From: an uncultured Acidimicrobiaceae bacterium | Lineage (GTDB): Bacteria > Actinomycetota > Acidimicrobiia > Acidimicrobiales > Bog-793 | NCBI GenBank assembly: GCA_963727645.1 | Contig: CAVSHA010000011.1 | Span: forward strand, 64,233-128,232 | Length of the DNA: 64,000 nt | Direction: 5' to 3' | Part shown: positions 44,324 to 58,794 of the stretch, in pieces | How the letters are laid out: each line of letters begins with the position of its first letter | How positions within the stretch are numbered: the first letter of the stretch is position 1 | Position numbers and translations under genes: made by a program | Notes under the pieces: generated by a model | Database searches by the model: none | The model's input: the letters and a program-made list of their open reading frames with translations, nothing else | Told to the model about the DNA's origin: nothing

Positions 44324-47300
44324 CTTGCGGACCATTGCCGTGTTTGGCCGGCCCGCGGTGCTGTCGGGCAACTTCGACCGCCGTATCGGTCGCCAGCGCG
44401 ACCACTGCGATGAACGCGAGCACTCCGGCCGCCTCCAAGTTGTGGGGCCAAGCGCTGCCTGGCTGGTAGTGGTGGCGAACTTGATCGAGGACCGTGACCG
44501 CGCCCGCGGCCGCGATGCATCCGACGGCCGCGACACTGAGAAGCGAACGTGCCCTCGGCCAGCACAACGCCGCGATCACCGCGACCGTGGTCGCGCCGGC
44601 GATTGACGGCGCCCAGGGTGGCGGCAGGACCAGCATCGCCACGGCACCGCACGCGGCCGCGACAATGATGCAGGTGGGCAAGGTCGGCCGCCTCTTGCTG
44701 GGCGCGAAGGGCGATCCCAAAGTGGGCGACCCGTTGCCGATCTGCCTCTGCAGATCCCCAGCCTGCCCCACTGCTCGCCCGTCGGCCGCGTGAGCTCTAC
44801 GGCGCCGGGTCCGGCGTCTGATGGGCCCAAAGGGCACGAAACCGACCAAGAGACAGACCGCCAGAGTGGCGCCCGAGATGAGGATGGCGGGGGTCACGAT
44901 CCGCTGCGGCCCGAACTCGAGCGTCACGATGAACCTTCCGCTGCGCGGGGGCACGGCGTACCAGCCGTTCGCATAGCCGTCGATCAGCTGGGGCTCCCCG
45001 AGGGATCGCCCGCCCGGCCCGGTGGCCTGCCAGCCGGTGTTGAGGCTCTCGCCGAGTACGAGCCAGACGGGCCCGCTGGCGCCTTGGACCTCGAGCTTGG
45101 CCGAAGTGGCGGAGGACGCCAGCACCCGGACCGTCGGGGTCGGGGACGACGCCGTCTTCGGGGTGCCGATCGTCCCCGGCGCCGGTGCCGTGCTGCCGTC
45201 GGCGAGCGGGGCGAGCGGGGCGCCTCCAGGAGCCGAGTCGAGCACGAGCCGGTCGAGATCCCAGCCCGTGATCTTTCCCCATACGGCGTCAAGCGCGTGG
45301 GCGCCGGGGCCGAGAACGATGCCTCTGGCGTCGCGGCCCGCACCCCGAGACGGTCAAGCCCTGGAGCTTCTCGGCGGTCCCGACGGTCCCCGAGATCCTC
45401 AGCCAAACCGGCCGGCCGTCGATCTTGAGCAGCTTCGAGGTGCAGACCGAAGGGATCTGTGCACTCGTCGACTCAGGAGTGAAGCGGACTTTGGGAAGCC
45501 CGATCTCGGCGATCCCGACCGGCATGACGATCGGCTCGCGTGTGAACCAGTTGATGGTCGTGACTTTGCGAACGGCCTCGATCGTGAACCTGATCGTGCT
45601 CCCCGTCAGTGTCGGGAAGTTCATCGGCACGCTCACAACCGAGTTGATCGCCTTGCGGTTGCGCACGGGCGGCACCGCGACGAGCTCGTCACCGCCGGTG
45701 TTGGTCGTGATCCTGATCTTCGTGGGAACAGAGTGCCGCCCGTCCGCGATGACCCTCAGGTCGAGGTGGTCGAAGCTGATGCTGTGGGTCAGCGATGCCT
45801 GCATCCAGGCGCCGATCTGGGCGGGCCCGTCGAAGCCCGGGCTCCAGGAGGTCTTCGTGCTGCCGTCAAAGGCGAACGCCGCCCGGGCGTTCAGGTCGCC
45901 GGGCAGCCTCTCGTTCGAGCCGATGACGGCACCGCCGAAGACATCCGGGCCAGCGAGGAGCGTGTCGATCACGTTGTCGGGGATCAGCGCGGAGATGCGT
46001 GCCGTCCCGCTGAGCGAGAACGAGCGGGTCGTCGGGAGCCAGAAAGTCCGGCTCATCGCCGGCTCCGGATCCGACCGGGGCGGCGTGGCGCCGACACGGT
46101 CCCGGGTCATCACGATGGTGAGGCGGTGCGAGAGCGAGGAGCCCCCCAGCGCCCGCAAGAGGTCCGAAGGCATCTGGATCGTCTCGGCGACCTGCACCCC
46201 GGGGATCCGGACCTCGGAGAAGCCCACCCCCGATGCCCCCAGCATCGATGCGCGGCCCGCCCAAGTGGTGCCGTCGACCGTGATCCGAAGGGTCGTGAAG
46301 GAGCGCTTCGGGAAGCGGATCGTCTGGCCAGCGGCGGTTCGTGAGGCGGGGCTCAGGTTCTCTGAGATGGCGTTGTTGCCATCGAACCCGACGGTCACTC
46401 GGGTGATCCACCGGTTGACCGTGGAGCCCAGTACTTGGACGAGACTGACGTGGTCTGCTGTCACGGGATGGTCGAGGCGGACCTGGAGCCAATTGCCTGC
46501 CGCGTCGGAGAAGGCGGCGACGCTCCAAGCCGTGTCGAGGTTCCCGTCGAATGCCTCCGCCGGGCGGTCCTCGGGTGTGAAGGCCACCGGGTTGCCGTAG
46601 GCCGAAGCCGCCACGTAGCGAGCCCCGCTGTAGACCGCGAGGCTCTCCCCAGCCGGGCGGACGTGGGCGAAGAGCGCCAGAGCCACCGCTGTCGGGTCAG
46701 GTGTGGAGGGCTCCGCCACCGCGGGCAGGGTCTCTCCGATGTTGGCGCTCACGCTCGACCAGTGCTCGAGGACTTTGCGGTTGGAGTCTGTGAGTACGAG
46801 CTGCGCATCGGGCGTGACCACCTCGCGCAACAGCTTCGCCTGGCCGTCGATGGTCCCCGCGTAGAAGATCGTGGGGTTGTCGGCGAGAAGTCCGGTCGAG
46901 GCTGCGGCGACGACGCCGGCGCCGCTGCCGTCGATCACGAGAGGGGCGTAGGCCGGCTCCGCGCGGTAGATGGGTCGCGGATCGGACACCGGGAACACCG
47001 CGATCGGCGGTGGCCACGGTGCGTTCGCCGGCTGCGCCAAGGCTTCCTCGTCGGTAAGGCTGTACTCTGCCGGCGCGACGACCGGCACGGGTTTGCCAAA
47101 CGTCACCGGCTTGCCAATTCCCGTCGGCGGGGGATTGAACAGCGACCAGGTCTCCTGCGGGCGCGGCGTGTTGTAGCGCCAATACGCGAGGTTCGATTGC
47201 AGGACCACGTCGCCGGCGCTGAAAAGGCGGGCGATGGGAGCCAGCGTCGAGGGCTCGTAGGTGCCCTGCTGGAGGGTGAGGTCGAAGGCCTGGAGGAGGT

Positions 47301-48816
47301 CCGTCGTCGCCGGCGAACCCTGGATGGTCTGCTCACGGAGGACCTCAGGCCGGGTCATGATCCCGGGCCAGATCGTGTCGAAGAGAGTGCCCCAGTCGTA
47401 GGCGGCGAAGTTCTGTCCCGGTTCGATGAGCACCCGCGTCGAGTCGCCCTGGGCATCCAGGTAAGTCGCGGCCTTTGCATAGTACGGAGGGACCTTCTCC
47501 GGGCGCTCGAAGTTCAGCGCGACGGCGCCTCCTTCGAGATACGGAGCACTGTTGGCCACCACCACCACCGCCAACACACAGGCGGTGACAAGGCCGAGAC
47601 GGGGGAGCCGCGACCAAAGCGCCGTGGCGCCCACACCGAGCAGCACGGCAAGACCGAGCACCACGAGCGGCGTGGCACGGTCGCTCGAGCGGAGCGCCAG
47701 GCCCACCGACGAGCCCGACATGAACGCCCTCAGCACCCGCCCGACGATCGAGGGGCCCGGGTACGGGTGCATACCGACGGCCAGCACTACCCCGGTGAGA
47801 ATCAGCAGGACGAAGAACGCCTTCGCCCGCCAACGCGAGAACACCGCGCCGAGGACTCCCAGTGCCGGAACGGCGAAGCTCGTGACGAGGAGCCAAGCGC
47901 TCTGTTCGAGCTTCACAGCCGCCTGCTTCCAGGGCCCGAGCCGGTCACTGCCGTAGAAGTACCAGTAGCCGAGCCCGCGCAGGACCTCGGACGCGAGCGA
48001 GGTCCCCGCGATCGCCGGGAGTGTCTCGGTGTACCTGAGGATGTTGATCCCGTAGGCGCCTTCGATGCGGAGCCCGGCGATCCAGAACAGCGAGACCCCG
48101 AGCGAGAACAGGCCCATCTTCACCGCGGCGCCGAACGCGCGACGCGCCGGTGCATCCCGCAGGACGAGGACCGCGTAGAAGAGCCACGCCACTGGGGCAA
48201 TGCCTGCGTAAATCAAAGAGGTGGCGTTTGTCGCACCGACGAAGGCGACCACGAGCCCGAACAGAGCGGGATAGCGCCACCCGCCCCGGCGCACGGCGAG
48301 CACGGCGAGCGCCACCAGCCAGCCGAGGCCTGCCCAAGGCAGAAGTATCGCCGAGGTCTGCTGGATGTACTGGAGGAAGTACGGGCTGAGCTCGTAGGCC
48401 AGTGCAGCGACGATCACACCCGGGCCATTGACCCCGAGGGCCCTTACGAGGTAGCGGACACCTGCTCCGGCGGCGAACAGCACGGTGCCCATCCAGAGCC
48501 GTTGTGCCACCCACATGGGCACGTCGACTTGAGCGAAAAGCCAGTAGAAGGGGCCTTGTGGGAACAAGTACCCGATGTTCTGGTGGGTGACGGTGCCGGC
48601 CGCGACCGATGGGTCCCACATCGACACGGCCGAGCGGAGGAGCCGGCCGGGGTCCAGATAGAGGTACTGCTTGGTGTCGTCTGCGAGGACCCCGGGCTGG
48701 GTCGCCAGCAGAGGGCCGTACGCGAACCCAGCGAGGAGGACGTTCTCCAGAGCTCGCATGAAGAGCCTGCGGGTGCTGCTCGTTCGAGCCACGGCGCGGT
48801 TAGTGTAGGCGCCCAT
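44316..48816 (-). pseudogene. AftD-like alpha-(1->3)-arabinofuranosyltransferase family GT-C protein (DUF3367-type, about 1500 aa) with an apparent frameshift near 45320-45335
   Basis: N-terminus from the ATG at 48816 (MGAYTNRAV...LADDTKQYLYLDPGRLL...WDPSVAAGTVTHQNIGYLFP), then about 12 TM helices and a large extracytoplasmic domain. The frame of 45289..49740 stops at 45289, while ARGIVLGPGAHALDAVWGKITGWDLDRLVLDSAPGG continues in the frame of ORF 44316..45245, which ends with GESLNTGWQA...IDGYANGW and 3 TM helices. Confidence 0.7.
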
Positions 48817-48879
48817 GTCATGGCCCGGCGAGGCACGCGACGTGCGGGCCGGAAGCTGGTTCCCGCTGCCAGGCGCGAC

Positions 48880-49518
48880 ATGATCGTCGTCGGGCTGACC
48901 GGCGGGATCGGTTCTGGAAAGTCGACCGTCGCCGCGTTGCTGGTCGAGCGCGGGGCCGTACTGATCGACGCCGATGAGGTGGCCCGCGAGGTGGTCGAGC
49001 CCGGGCGACCGGCGCATGCGAAGGTGGTGGAGCGTTTTGGTGACGAGGTGGTCGCGCCGGACGGGACCCTTGACCGCGCGGCGATCGCCGCGATCGTCTT
49101 CGACGACCCGGTGTCGCTGGCCGAGCTGAACGCGATCGTCCATCCCGAGGTCAGAGCGGAGATGGCGAACCGGCTTGCGTCGCTGTCGGGCACCGAGCAT
49201 GTGGTCGTGCTCGACATCCCCTTGTTGGTCGAAGATGGCGGTTCGGACCGCTACGGCCTCGCGGGTGTGATCGTCGTGGACGCGCCTGTAGATCTCGTGC
49301 TGGAACGGCTCGTGAGCCGGCGGAGGATGGACCGGTCCGACGCCGAGGCGCGCATTGCCAGCCAGGCGAGCCGGCCCGAGCGGATCGCGCAGGCCGACTT
49401 CGTGATAACGAACGCCGGCACCCTGGACGAGCTCGAGGAGATCGTCGATCGAGCGTGGGCTTGGATCGGACGCCTGGCGGCGCAGTCGGCAAGCGGCGAT
49501 GGGCACAGCGGGGGCTGA
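48880..49518 (+). CDS. coaE: dephospho-CoA kinase
   Basis: MIVVGLTGGIGSGKSTVAALL (P-loop), LIDADEVAREVVEPG and IVHPEV. The tracked 1027-aa ORF 46435..49518 is antisense AftD-like sequence upstream of 48880. Confidence 0.9.
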   Translation: MIVVGLTGGIGSGKSTVAALLVERGAVLIDADEVAREVVEPGRPAHAKVVERFGDEVVAPDGTLDRAAIAAIVFDDPVSLAELNAIVHPEVRAEMANRLASLSGTEHVVVLDIPLLVEDGGSDRYGLAGVIVVDAPVDLVLERLVSRRRMDRSDAEARIASQASRPERIAQADFVITNAGTLDELEEIVDRAWAWIGRLAAQSASGDGHSGG

Positions 49519-49572
49519 GCCCACCCACGACGCGCCGCTCGCCGGCGCGCACCCTATCGGTACCATGCCGGG

Positions 49573-51666
49573 GTGCCTGCGTTCCGCGTCGTCTCCGATT
49601 TTCAGCCGGCTGGCGACCAGCCCGCCGCGATCGAAGCGCTGACTCGCGGCATAGAGCGGGGCGACCGCTTCCAGACACTGCTCGGGATCACCGGGAGCGG
49701 CAAGAGCGCGACGATTGCCTGGACCATCGAGAAGGTGCAACGGCCGACCCTGGTGCTGGCCCCGAACAAGTCCCTCGCAGCCCAGCTCGCCGGTGAGCTG
49801 CGCGGCTTCTTCCCCGACAACCGGGTCGAGTACTTCGTCTCCTACTACGACTACTACCAGCCCGAGGCCTACCTGCCCTCATCGGACACCTACATCGAGA
49901 AGGACTCGTCCATCAACGACGAGATCGACCGGCTGAGGCACTCCACGACCGCCAGCCTTCTCACACGCAGGGACGTGATAGTCGTGGCGTCGGTCTCGTG
50001 CATCTACGGGCTCGGATCCCCCGACGAGTACCGGGACCAGATCCTCGTGCTCTCGCCCGGAGAGTTTCACGACCAGCGCTCGATGCTGTCCCGCCTCGTG
50101 GCGATGAACTACGAGCGCAACGACGCCAACCTCGTGAGGGGAAGGTTCCGTGTCCGGGGCGACACGATCGAGGTTCACCCCGCATATGAGGAGTACGCAG
50201 TGCGCATCGAGCTGTTCGGTGACGAGGTCGAGCGTCTGAGTCGTTTCGACGTCCTGACGGGCGAGGTGCTCGGCGATCTCGAGGAGCTGCTCATCTTTCC
50301 CGCTACCCATTACGTCGCCGGGGACGAGCGCACGCGCAACGCGATCGCCTCGATCGAGATCGAGCTCGGCGAGCGTCTGCGAGAACTGGAGCAGGCGGGC
50401 AAGCTGCTCGAAGCCCAGCGACTGCGGATGCGCACCGAACACGATCTCGAGATGCTCGCCGAGCTCGGCAGCTGCAACGGTGTCGAGAACTACAGCCGTC
50501 ACCTGGACGGGCGCGCGCCGGGCGAGGCGCCGTACACCTTGCTCAACTACTTCCCGGACGACTGGCTGCTCGTGATCGACGAGAGCCACGTGACTGTGCC
50601 GCAGCTTCACGGCCAGTTCGCTGGCGACCGTTCCCGCAAGGACGTCCTGGTCGAGCATGGGTTCCGCCTCCCGTCGGCAAGGGACAACCGGCCGCTGCAC
50701 TTCGCGGAGCTTGAGGCTCGCATCAACCAGTGCGTCTTCTTGTCAGCGACCCCGTCCGAGTACGAGATCTCCGTGTCGAACCAGGTGGTCGAGCAGATCG
50801 TGCGGCCGACGGGCCTGGTCGATCCTGAGGTCGTCATCAAGCCCACAAAGGGTCAGATCGACGATCTCATCGCAGAGATCGACACAACGATCGGTCGGGG
50901 CGAGCGGGTTCTCGTCACGACCCTCACTAAGAAGATGGCCGAGGACCTTGCCGACTACCTCCTCGAGACGGGCCTCAGGGTCCGCTACCTGCACTCGAAC
51001 ATCGACACGATCGAACGGATCGAGATCATCCGGGATCTGCGCCTTGGCGAGTTCGACGTGCTCGTGGGGATCAACCTTCTCCGCGAGGGTCTCGACCTTC
51101 CCGAAGTAGCGCTTGTCGCGATCCTCGACGCCGACAAGGAGGGCTTCCTCCGCTCCAAGACGTCGCTGATTCAGACAATGGGCCGTGCCGCGAGAAATGT
51201 CTCGGGACGGGTCATCCTCTACGCGGATGTGATCACCGACTCGATGCGGGGAGCCATCGCCGAGACCGAGCGTCGTCGGCTCGTCCAACAGGAGTACAAC
51301 AAGCAGCACGGGATCGACCCGCAGACGATCCACAAGGCCGTGACCGACCTCGTTGCTCAGTTCCGCAGCGCCGCAGGCACCGGCGGCGACGGCTTCGGGG
51401 CCGGGGCGCCGCTGCCCAGCCGCGCCGGGTCCGACCGGTCCCGCCGCGCCGGCCGGCGAGCTGTCGAGCGAGCCGCCGATCTGGCCGAGGTGTCCATGAA
51501 AGGGCTTGCCGGCAACGGCGAGCTTCCCACCGACGAGCTCGGCAGGCTGATCACGACGCTCGAACGTGAGATGCAAGCAGCGGCCGCCGAGCTTCGTTTC
51601 GAGTATGCGGCGAGGTTGCGAGACGAGATCCGGTCGCTGCGCAGGGAGCTCAGGGAGGTCGGGTGA
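49573..51666 (+). CDS. uvrB: excinuclease ABC subunit B
   Basis: [28 protein letters not shown], helicase motifs, and the C-terminal UVR domain ([20 protein letters not shown]). Confidence 0.96.
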   Translation: MPAFRVVSDFQPAGDQPAAIEALTRGIERGDRFQTLLGITGSGKSATIAWTIEKVQRPTLVLAPNKSLAAQLAGELRGFFPDNRVEYFVSYYDYYQPEAYLPSSDTYIEKDSSINDEIDRLRHSTTASLLTRRDVIVVASVSCIYGLGSPDEYRDQILVLSPGEFHDQRSMLSRLVAMNYERNDANLVRGRFRVRGDTIEVHPAYEEYAVRIELFGDEVERLSRFDVLTGEVLGDLEELLIFPATHYVAGDERTRNAIASIEIELGERLRELEQAGKLLEAQRLRMRTEHDLEMLAELGSCNGVENYSRHLDGRAPGEAPYTLLNYFPDDWLLVIDESHVTVPQLHGQFAGDRSRKDVLVEHGFRLPSARDNRPLHFAELEARINQCVFLSATPSEYEISVSNQVVEQIVRPTGLVDPEVVIKPTKGQIDDLIAEIDTTIGRGERVLVTTLTKKMAEDLADYLLETGLRVRYLHSNIDTIERIEIIRDLRLGEFDVLVGINLLREGLDLPEVALVAILDADKEGFLRSKTSLIQTMGRAARNVSGRVILYADVITDSMRGAIAETERRRLVQQEYNKQHGIDPQTIHKAVTDLVAQFRSAAGTGGDGFGAGAPLPSRAGSDRSRRAGRRAVERAADLAEVSMKGLAGNGELPTDELGRLITTLEREMQAAAAELRFEYAARLRDEIRSLRRELREVG

Positions 51667-51770
51667 GCACCGTAGGGCCGGCCTCGACGAGAGGCTCGCT
51701 CATGCCGGGCGCTGACGGGCACCCCCCGGGTCCCGACGCGCCCGCCCCGGCCGGTCGGTAGTCTGCGGCC

Positions 51771-54734
<2,964 letters not shown>

Positions 54735-54844
54735 TCCGCCCTCCCGACTTGCTCAGACGTCACCGAGCCGAAGAGGCCGGGGATGGCACCGCGGCCCGGG
54801 AGCTGATCGAGGCTTGAGCCCGGCCCGCGAGGCGGACACAGTTC

Positions 54845-55492
54845 TCAGAACGGTCGGAGCTCGATTCCTGATGGCAGGCCGGCGCGCCCGTAGATCCACG
54901 CCAGGAGCGCGGTCTTTCGGGAGGGATCTTCGAGCCTTCCGGGGAGCCGGTCGAGGGCAAGGGGCAGATCGGAACTGACGAAGTCCTCCGACCAGTCCGA
55001 GATGCCGTATCCGAGACCGAGGTCGACATGGTGCACTTCGACCTCGCGCCACCTCGACATGGGCAGCTCGCGACAGGGGAGTGGGGAACCGTCGGTGCGC
55101 AGGCCCTCACGCAGCCAGACTTCTTCGGGCACCTCGCGCCATGTCGCATCCAGGCGCGCCGCCGAGTCGCGCAGGTCCTCCAGGATCACTTCGGCGTGCC
55201 GGTTGGCGCCTTCGGCGATGTCCCGACCGCGCCCGGCAGCGCCACCGGGATACTGAGGCACCTGCTTGCCTTTACTGGCCGAGCGAAGGACCCACACGAA
55301 GGAGTCTGCGTTGCGGGCCAGGTGGGTGAGCACGTGGCCCACGGTCCAGTCGGGCAGCAGGCTCGGCCGGGCGACGTCCAGGTCGTGGAGGACCTCGAGC
55401 GCCGCGAGCAGCCGGGCCGTCGCATCGCGCGAGCCCTTGACGGCCCGCCGGATTTCCGCGGCCGCCGATTGCGGCAAGCTGCCGTCGGTCAT
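54845..55492 (-). CDS. maleylpyruvate isomerase family mycothiol-dependent enzyme (DinB-fold)
   Basis: LPDWTVGHVLTHLARNADSF is the hallmark of the MDMPI_N/TIGR03083 family. Confidence 0.75.
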   Translation of the reverse strand: MTDGSLPQSAAAEIRRAVKGSRDATARLLAALEVLHDLDVARPSLLPDWTVGHVLTHLARNADSFVWVLRSASKGKQVPQYPGGAAGRGRDIAEGANRHAEVILEDLRDSAARLDATWREVPEEVWLREGLRTDGSPLPCRELPMSRWREVEVHHVDLGLGYGISDWSEDFVSSDLPLALDRLPGRLEDPSRKTALLAWIYGRAGLPSGIELRPF

Positions 55493-55523
55493 GGGCTCAG
55501 CATAAGTGCGTCGCGCCGAGGCC

Positions 55524-56690
55524 TCACGCGATCGCGAGCATCCGCTCGAGGGCTACCCGCGCATCTGCGGCCGTGTCCTCGTCGACTGTGATGCGGTTAC
55601 GGACCTCCCCGGCGACCAGGCCGTCGAGTACCCAGGCGAGGTGGGGCAGGTCGATCCGGAACATGGTCGAACATGGGCAGACGAGGGGATCGAGCGAGAG
55701 CACGGTCCGGTCGGGGTGCTCGCGGGCGAGTCGGTCGACGAGATGGATCTCAGTGCCTACCGCGATCGTGGAGCCTGCAGGTGCGCCGGAGACCGCGCCA
55801 ATTATGTAGTCGGTGGAGCCGACCTGATCGGCGATCTCGACGACTTCGTGCGAGCACTCCGGATGCACGATCACGATGCCGTCTGGATGCTCGGAGCGGA
55901 ACGCCTCGACATGCTCGGTGCGAAATCGCTGGTGCACCGAGCAGTGGCCCTTCCAGAGCAGGAAGGTGGCCTCCTTGACGTCGGCTTCCGTCAGCCCGCC
56001 GAGCCACCGGCGCGGATCGACGACCTCCATGTCAGAGGCTCGGTAACCAAGCTGGAAGCCGGTGTTGCGGCCGAGGTGCTGGTCGGGGAAGAACAGGACC
56101 TTGTTCCCGCGGCCCGCGGCGCCCGGGGAGCCTGCCCAGGGCCCGAGCGCGCCGTTCCCACCCTTGGCGCCGGGAGGACCAAGCTCGAGCGCCCAGGTCA
56201 GCACGGCTCGGGCGTTGGAAGACGTGCAGACTGCGCCTGAATTGCGGCCCACGAAGGCCTTCAGGGCCGCCGCTGAGTTCACATAGGTGATGGGCACCAC
56301 CGCCTCGATGTCGGTGACCTCCGCGAGCTCGTCCCAGATCTGCTCGACGTCCTCAAGGTTGGCCATGTCTGCCATGGAGCACCCGGCGTTCAGATCGGGC
56401 AGGAGCACCTGCTGGTGCGGCCCGGTCAGGATGTCCGCCGACTCGGCCATGAAGTGAACCCCGCAGAAGACCACGAACTCGGCATCGTGCTGTTCCGCAG
56501 CAAAACGGGACAAGGCGAACGAGTCGCCCCTCCTGTCCGCGAACTGGATGACCTCCTCTCGCTGGTAGTGGTGCCCGAGGATGAGCAGTCGCTTGCCGAG
56601 GCGCGAACGTGCCGTGGTGACGCGCCGGACCAGCTCGTCGTTGGGTGCCGTGGAGTAGTCGTCGGGAAGCGGCGGCTGCAGGCGGAACAT
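55524..56690 (-). CDS. nadA: quinolinate synthase
   Basis: LILGHHYQREEVIQFAD.RGDSF.LSR, FCGVHFMAESADIL, and PDLNAGCSMADMA are present. The motif CSVHQRF and a C-terminal VCPCSTMFRIDL supply the Fe-S Cys ligands. Confidence 0.9.
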   Translation of the reverse strand: MFRLQPPLPDDYSTAPNDELVRRVTTARSRLGKRLLILGHHYQREEVIQFADRRGDSFALSRFAAEQHDAEFVVFCGVHFMAESADILTGPHQQVLLPDLNAGCSMADMANLEDVEQIWDELAEVTDIEAVVPITYVNSAAALKAFVGRNSGAVCTSSNARAVLTWALELGPPGAKGGNGALGPWAGSPGAAGRGNKVLFFPDQHLGRNTGFQLGYRASDMEVVDPRRWLGGLTEADVKEATFLLWKGHCSVHQRFRTEHVEAFRSEHPDGIVIVHPECSHEVVEIADQVGSTDYIIGAVSGAPAGSTIAVGTEIHLVDRLAREHPDRTVLSLDPLVCPCSTMFRIDLPHLAWVLDGLVAGEVRNRITVDEDTAADARVALERMLAIA

Positions 56691-56820
56691 CTCTGTGACC
56701 CCCTATGGAACGCCTCGTTTATCGGCCGGCGGGGACAGCCTGGTCGCCCAACCGCGGGTATGTCGGTCACGAAGCGAATATGTCAGCCGGGGTACCAGGC
56801 CGGCCGTAACCTGCACTCTA

Positions 56821-58794
56821 GTGCTCGAACGCCCGCAGTCGGTTCCCGATGCCCCCGGCTCGTACCAATTCAGGGACACGGCAGGCCGGATCATCTACGT
56901 CGGCAAGGCAATGTCATTGCGCAGCCGGCTCTCGAGCTACTTCCAGGACCCGGTTCACCTCCACCCGCGCACCGCCCAGATGGTGGAGCGGGCGGCGTCG
57001 GTCGAGTGGATCGTTGTCGCGAGCGACGTCGAGGCCATCATGCTCGAGTACAACTTGATCAAGGCACACCGACCGCGCTTCAACATCCGCCTCGTCGACG
57101 ACAAGAGCTACCCGTATCTCGCGGTCACCGTGGGCGACCAGTGGCCCAGGGCCACGGTCATGCGAGGAGCGAAGCGCAAGGACACCCGCTATTTCGGTCC
57201 CTACGCGCACGCGTACGCGATCCGGGAGACGCTGGACCTGCTGCTCCGGTCGTTCCCGATCCGGACTTGCTCGGATGCAAAGCTCCGGCGCCACGAGCTC
57301 CTTGGGCGACCCTGCCTCCTGTTTCACATCGAGCGGTGCTCAGGCCCCTGCATTGGCGAGATCGAGCCCGAGGAGTACGGCAGGCTCGTGGCGGAGCTGA
57401 TGGAGTTCCTCGACGGCGATACCAAGCCGGTCGTCGACCGCCTCGAAGCAGGGATGCGCCAAGCGGCGGCGGAGCTCGAGTTCGAGCGGGCGGCGCGGCT
57501 GCGTGACCGTTTGGCCACGGTCCGCCTCGCGGTCGAGCGTCAACAGATGGTCACCGACACCCCGGAAGACCTCGATGCCCTCGCGATCGCCGAGGACGAG
57601 CTCGCCGCTGCCGTGCAGGTCTTTCACGTCCGCCGGGGACGAGTCGTCGGTCGTCACGGTTTCATCGTCGAGAAAGTGGAGCCGCTCACATCCACGCAGC
57701 TCATCGGCAGGGTGCTCGAGCAGCACTACGCCGAGACGCCGATCGGGATCCCCCGAGACCTGCTCGTCCCCGAGCTGCCCGATGACGTGGCCACCTACGA
57801 GGCCTGGCTTTCCGGCCTGCGTGGCGGCAAGGTCACTGTGAGGGTCCCTCTGAGAGGCCGCAAGCGCGAACTGTTGGCGACGGCCCGCCAAAATGCGGAG
57901 GAGCAGCTGAAGCGGCACCGGCTGCGGCGGGCAAGCGACCTCACGAGCCGCGCGGCTGCGATCGAGGAGCTGCAGCAGGCCCTCGGGCTGAAAGAAGCGC
58001 CGCTGCGCATCGAGTGCTACGACATGAGCCACATGCAGGGAACCGATTATGTCGGCTCGATGGTGGTCCTCGAGGACGGGCTGCCGAAGCGAAGCGACTA
58101 CCGGCGGTTCAAAGTGACCGCAGTCCAAGGTAACGATGACTACGGCGCCATGCACGAGGTCCTCACTCGGCGACTTCACCGGCTCGGCGACGCCCGATCG
58201 GTCGGCTTCGCCAAGGCCGACGGTCGTGCGGAGACCGAAGGGATCGGCGAGAGCGACAACGGTGCTGAAGACGACCGGGTCCCTGGGGACGCCGAGGCCT
58301 TTGCCGACGGTCGCCGACGGCGCGGACCCCGCTTTGCCTACCCGCCACAGCTCCTGCTGCTCGATGGCGGAAAGGGGCAGCTCGGAGTCGGTGTGCGAGT
58401 CCTCTCCGAGCTGGGCCTCACGGGCAAGATCGCGGTGGCCGCCCTGGCCAAGCAGTTGGAAGAGGTCTTCGTGCCCGGTAGACCGGGCCCGGTTCAGATC
58501 CCTCGTGACAGCGAGGCGATCTACTTGTTGCAGCAGGCCAGGGACGAGGCACACCGGTTCGCCATCGGGTTCCACCGCGAGCTGCGCGGCCGGCGCATGA
58601 CCCGCGGCGCGCTCGACGACATCGTCGGGCTGGGCCCGGTTCGGCGACGTCGGCTCGTTTCCGAGCTGGGTGGGGTCAGAGCCGTTCAGGCGGCGTCCCT
58701 GGACGACCTCCTCGGCCTCAGCTGGCTGCCGCAAACTGTTGGGAGGGCGGTGTACGAGCACCTGCACGCCCGGCGAGGACCGAAAGCCGGATGA
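56821..58794 (+). CDS. uvrC: excinuclease ABC subunit C
   Basis: GIY-YIG (GSYQFRDTAGRIIYVGKAMSLRSRLSSYF), UVR domain (LEFERAARLRDRL), and the endonuclease/HhH2 C-terminus. GTG at 56821 is preferred over the tracked 56695. Confidence 0.93.
   Translation: MLERPQSVPDAPGSYQFRDTAGRIIYVGKAMSLRSRLSSYFQDPVHLHPRTAQMVERAASVEWIVVASDVEAIMLEYNLIKAHRPRFNIRLVDDKSYPYLAVTVGDQWPRATVMRGAKRKDTRYFGPYAHAYAIRETLDLLLRSFPIRTCSDAKLRRHELLGRPCLLFHIERCSGPCIGEIEPEEYGRLVAELMEFLDGDTKPVVDRLEAGMRQAAAELEFERAARLRDRLATVRLAVERQQMVTDTPEDLDALAIAEDELAAAVQVFHVRRGRVVGRHGFIVEKVEPLTSTQLIGRVLEQHYAETPIGIPRDLLVPELPDDVATYEAWLSGLRGGKVTVRVPLRGRKRELLATARQNAEEQLKRHRLRRASDLTSRAAAIEELQQALGLKEAPLRIECYDMSHMQGTDYVGSMVVLEDGLPKRSDYRRFKVTAVQGNDDYGAMHEVLTRRLHRLGDARSVGFAKADGRAETEGIGESDNGAEDDRVPGDAEAFADGRRRRGPRFAYPPQLLLLDGGKGQLGVGVRVLSELGLTGKIAVAALAKQLEEVFVPGRPGPVQIPRDSEAIYLLQQARDEAHRFAIGFHRELRGRRMTRGALDDIVGLGPVRRRRLVSELGGVRAVQAASLDDLLGLSWLPQTVGRAVYEHLHARRGPKAG

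Noticed and set aside
46435-49518. 1027-aa plus-strand ORF, plus the 391-aa and 440-aa plus-strand ORFs at 45022..46600
   Set aside because: These are antisense to the AftD-like GT-C gene and have R/G/P/D-rich composition. Only the last 213 codons (48880..49518) are real, and they are coaE.
49519-49740. N-terminal extension of the 1483-aa minus-strand ORF (48817..49740)
   Set aside because: It overlaps coaE on the opposite strand and is low-complexity. The conserved AftD-like N-terminus begins at the ATG at 48816 (or 48759).
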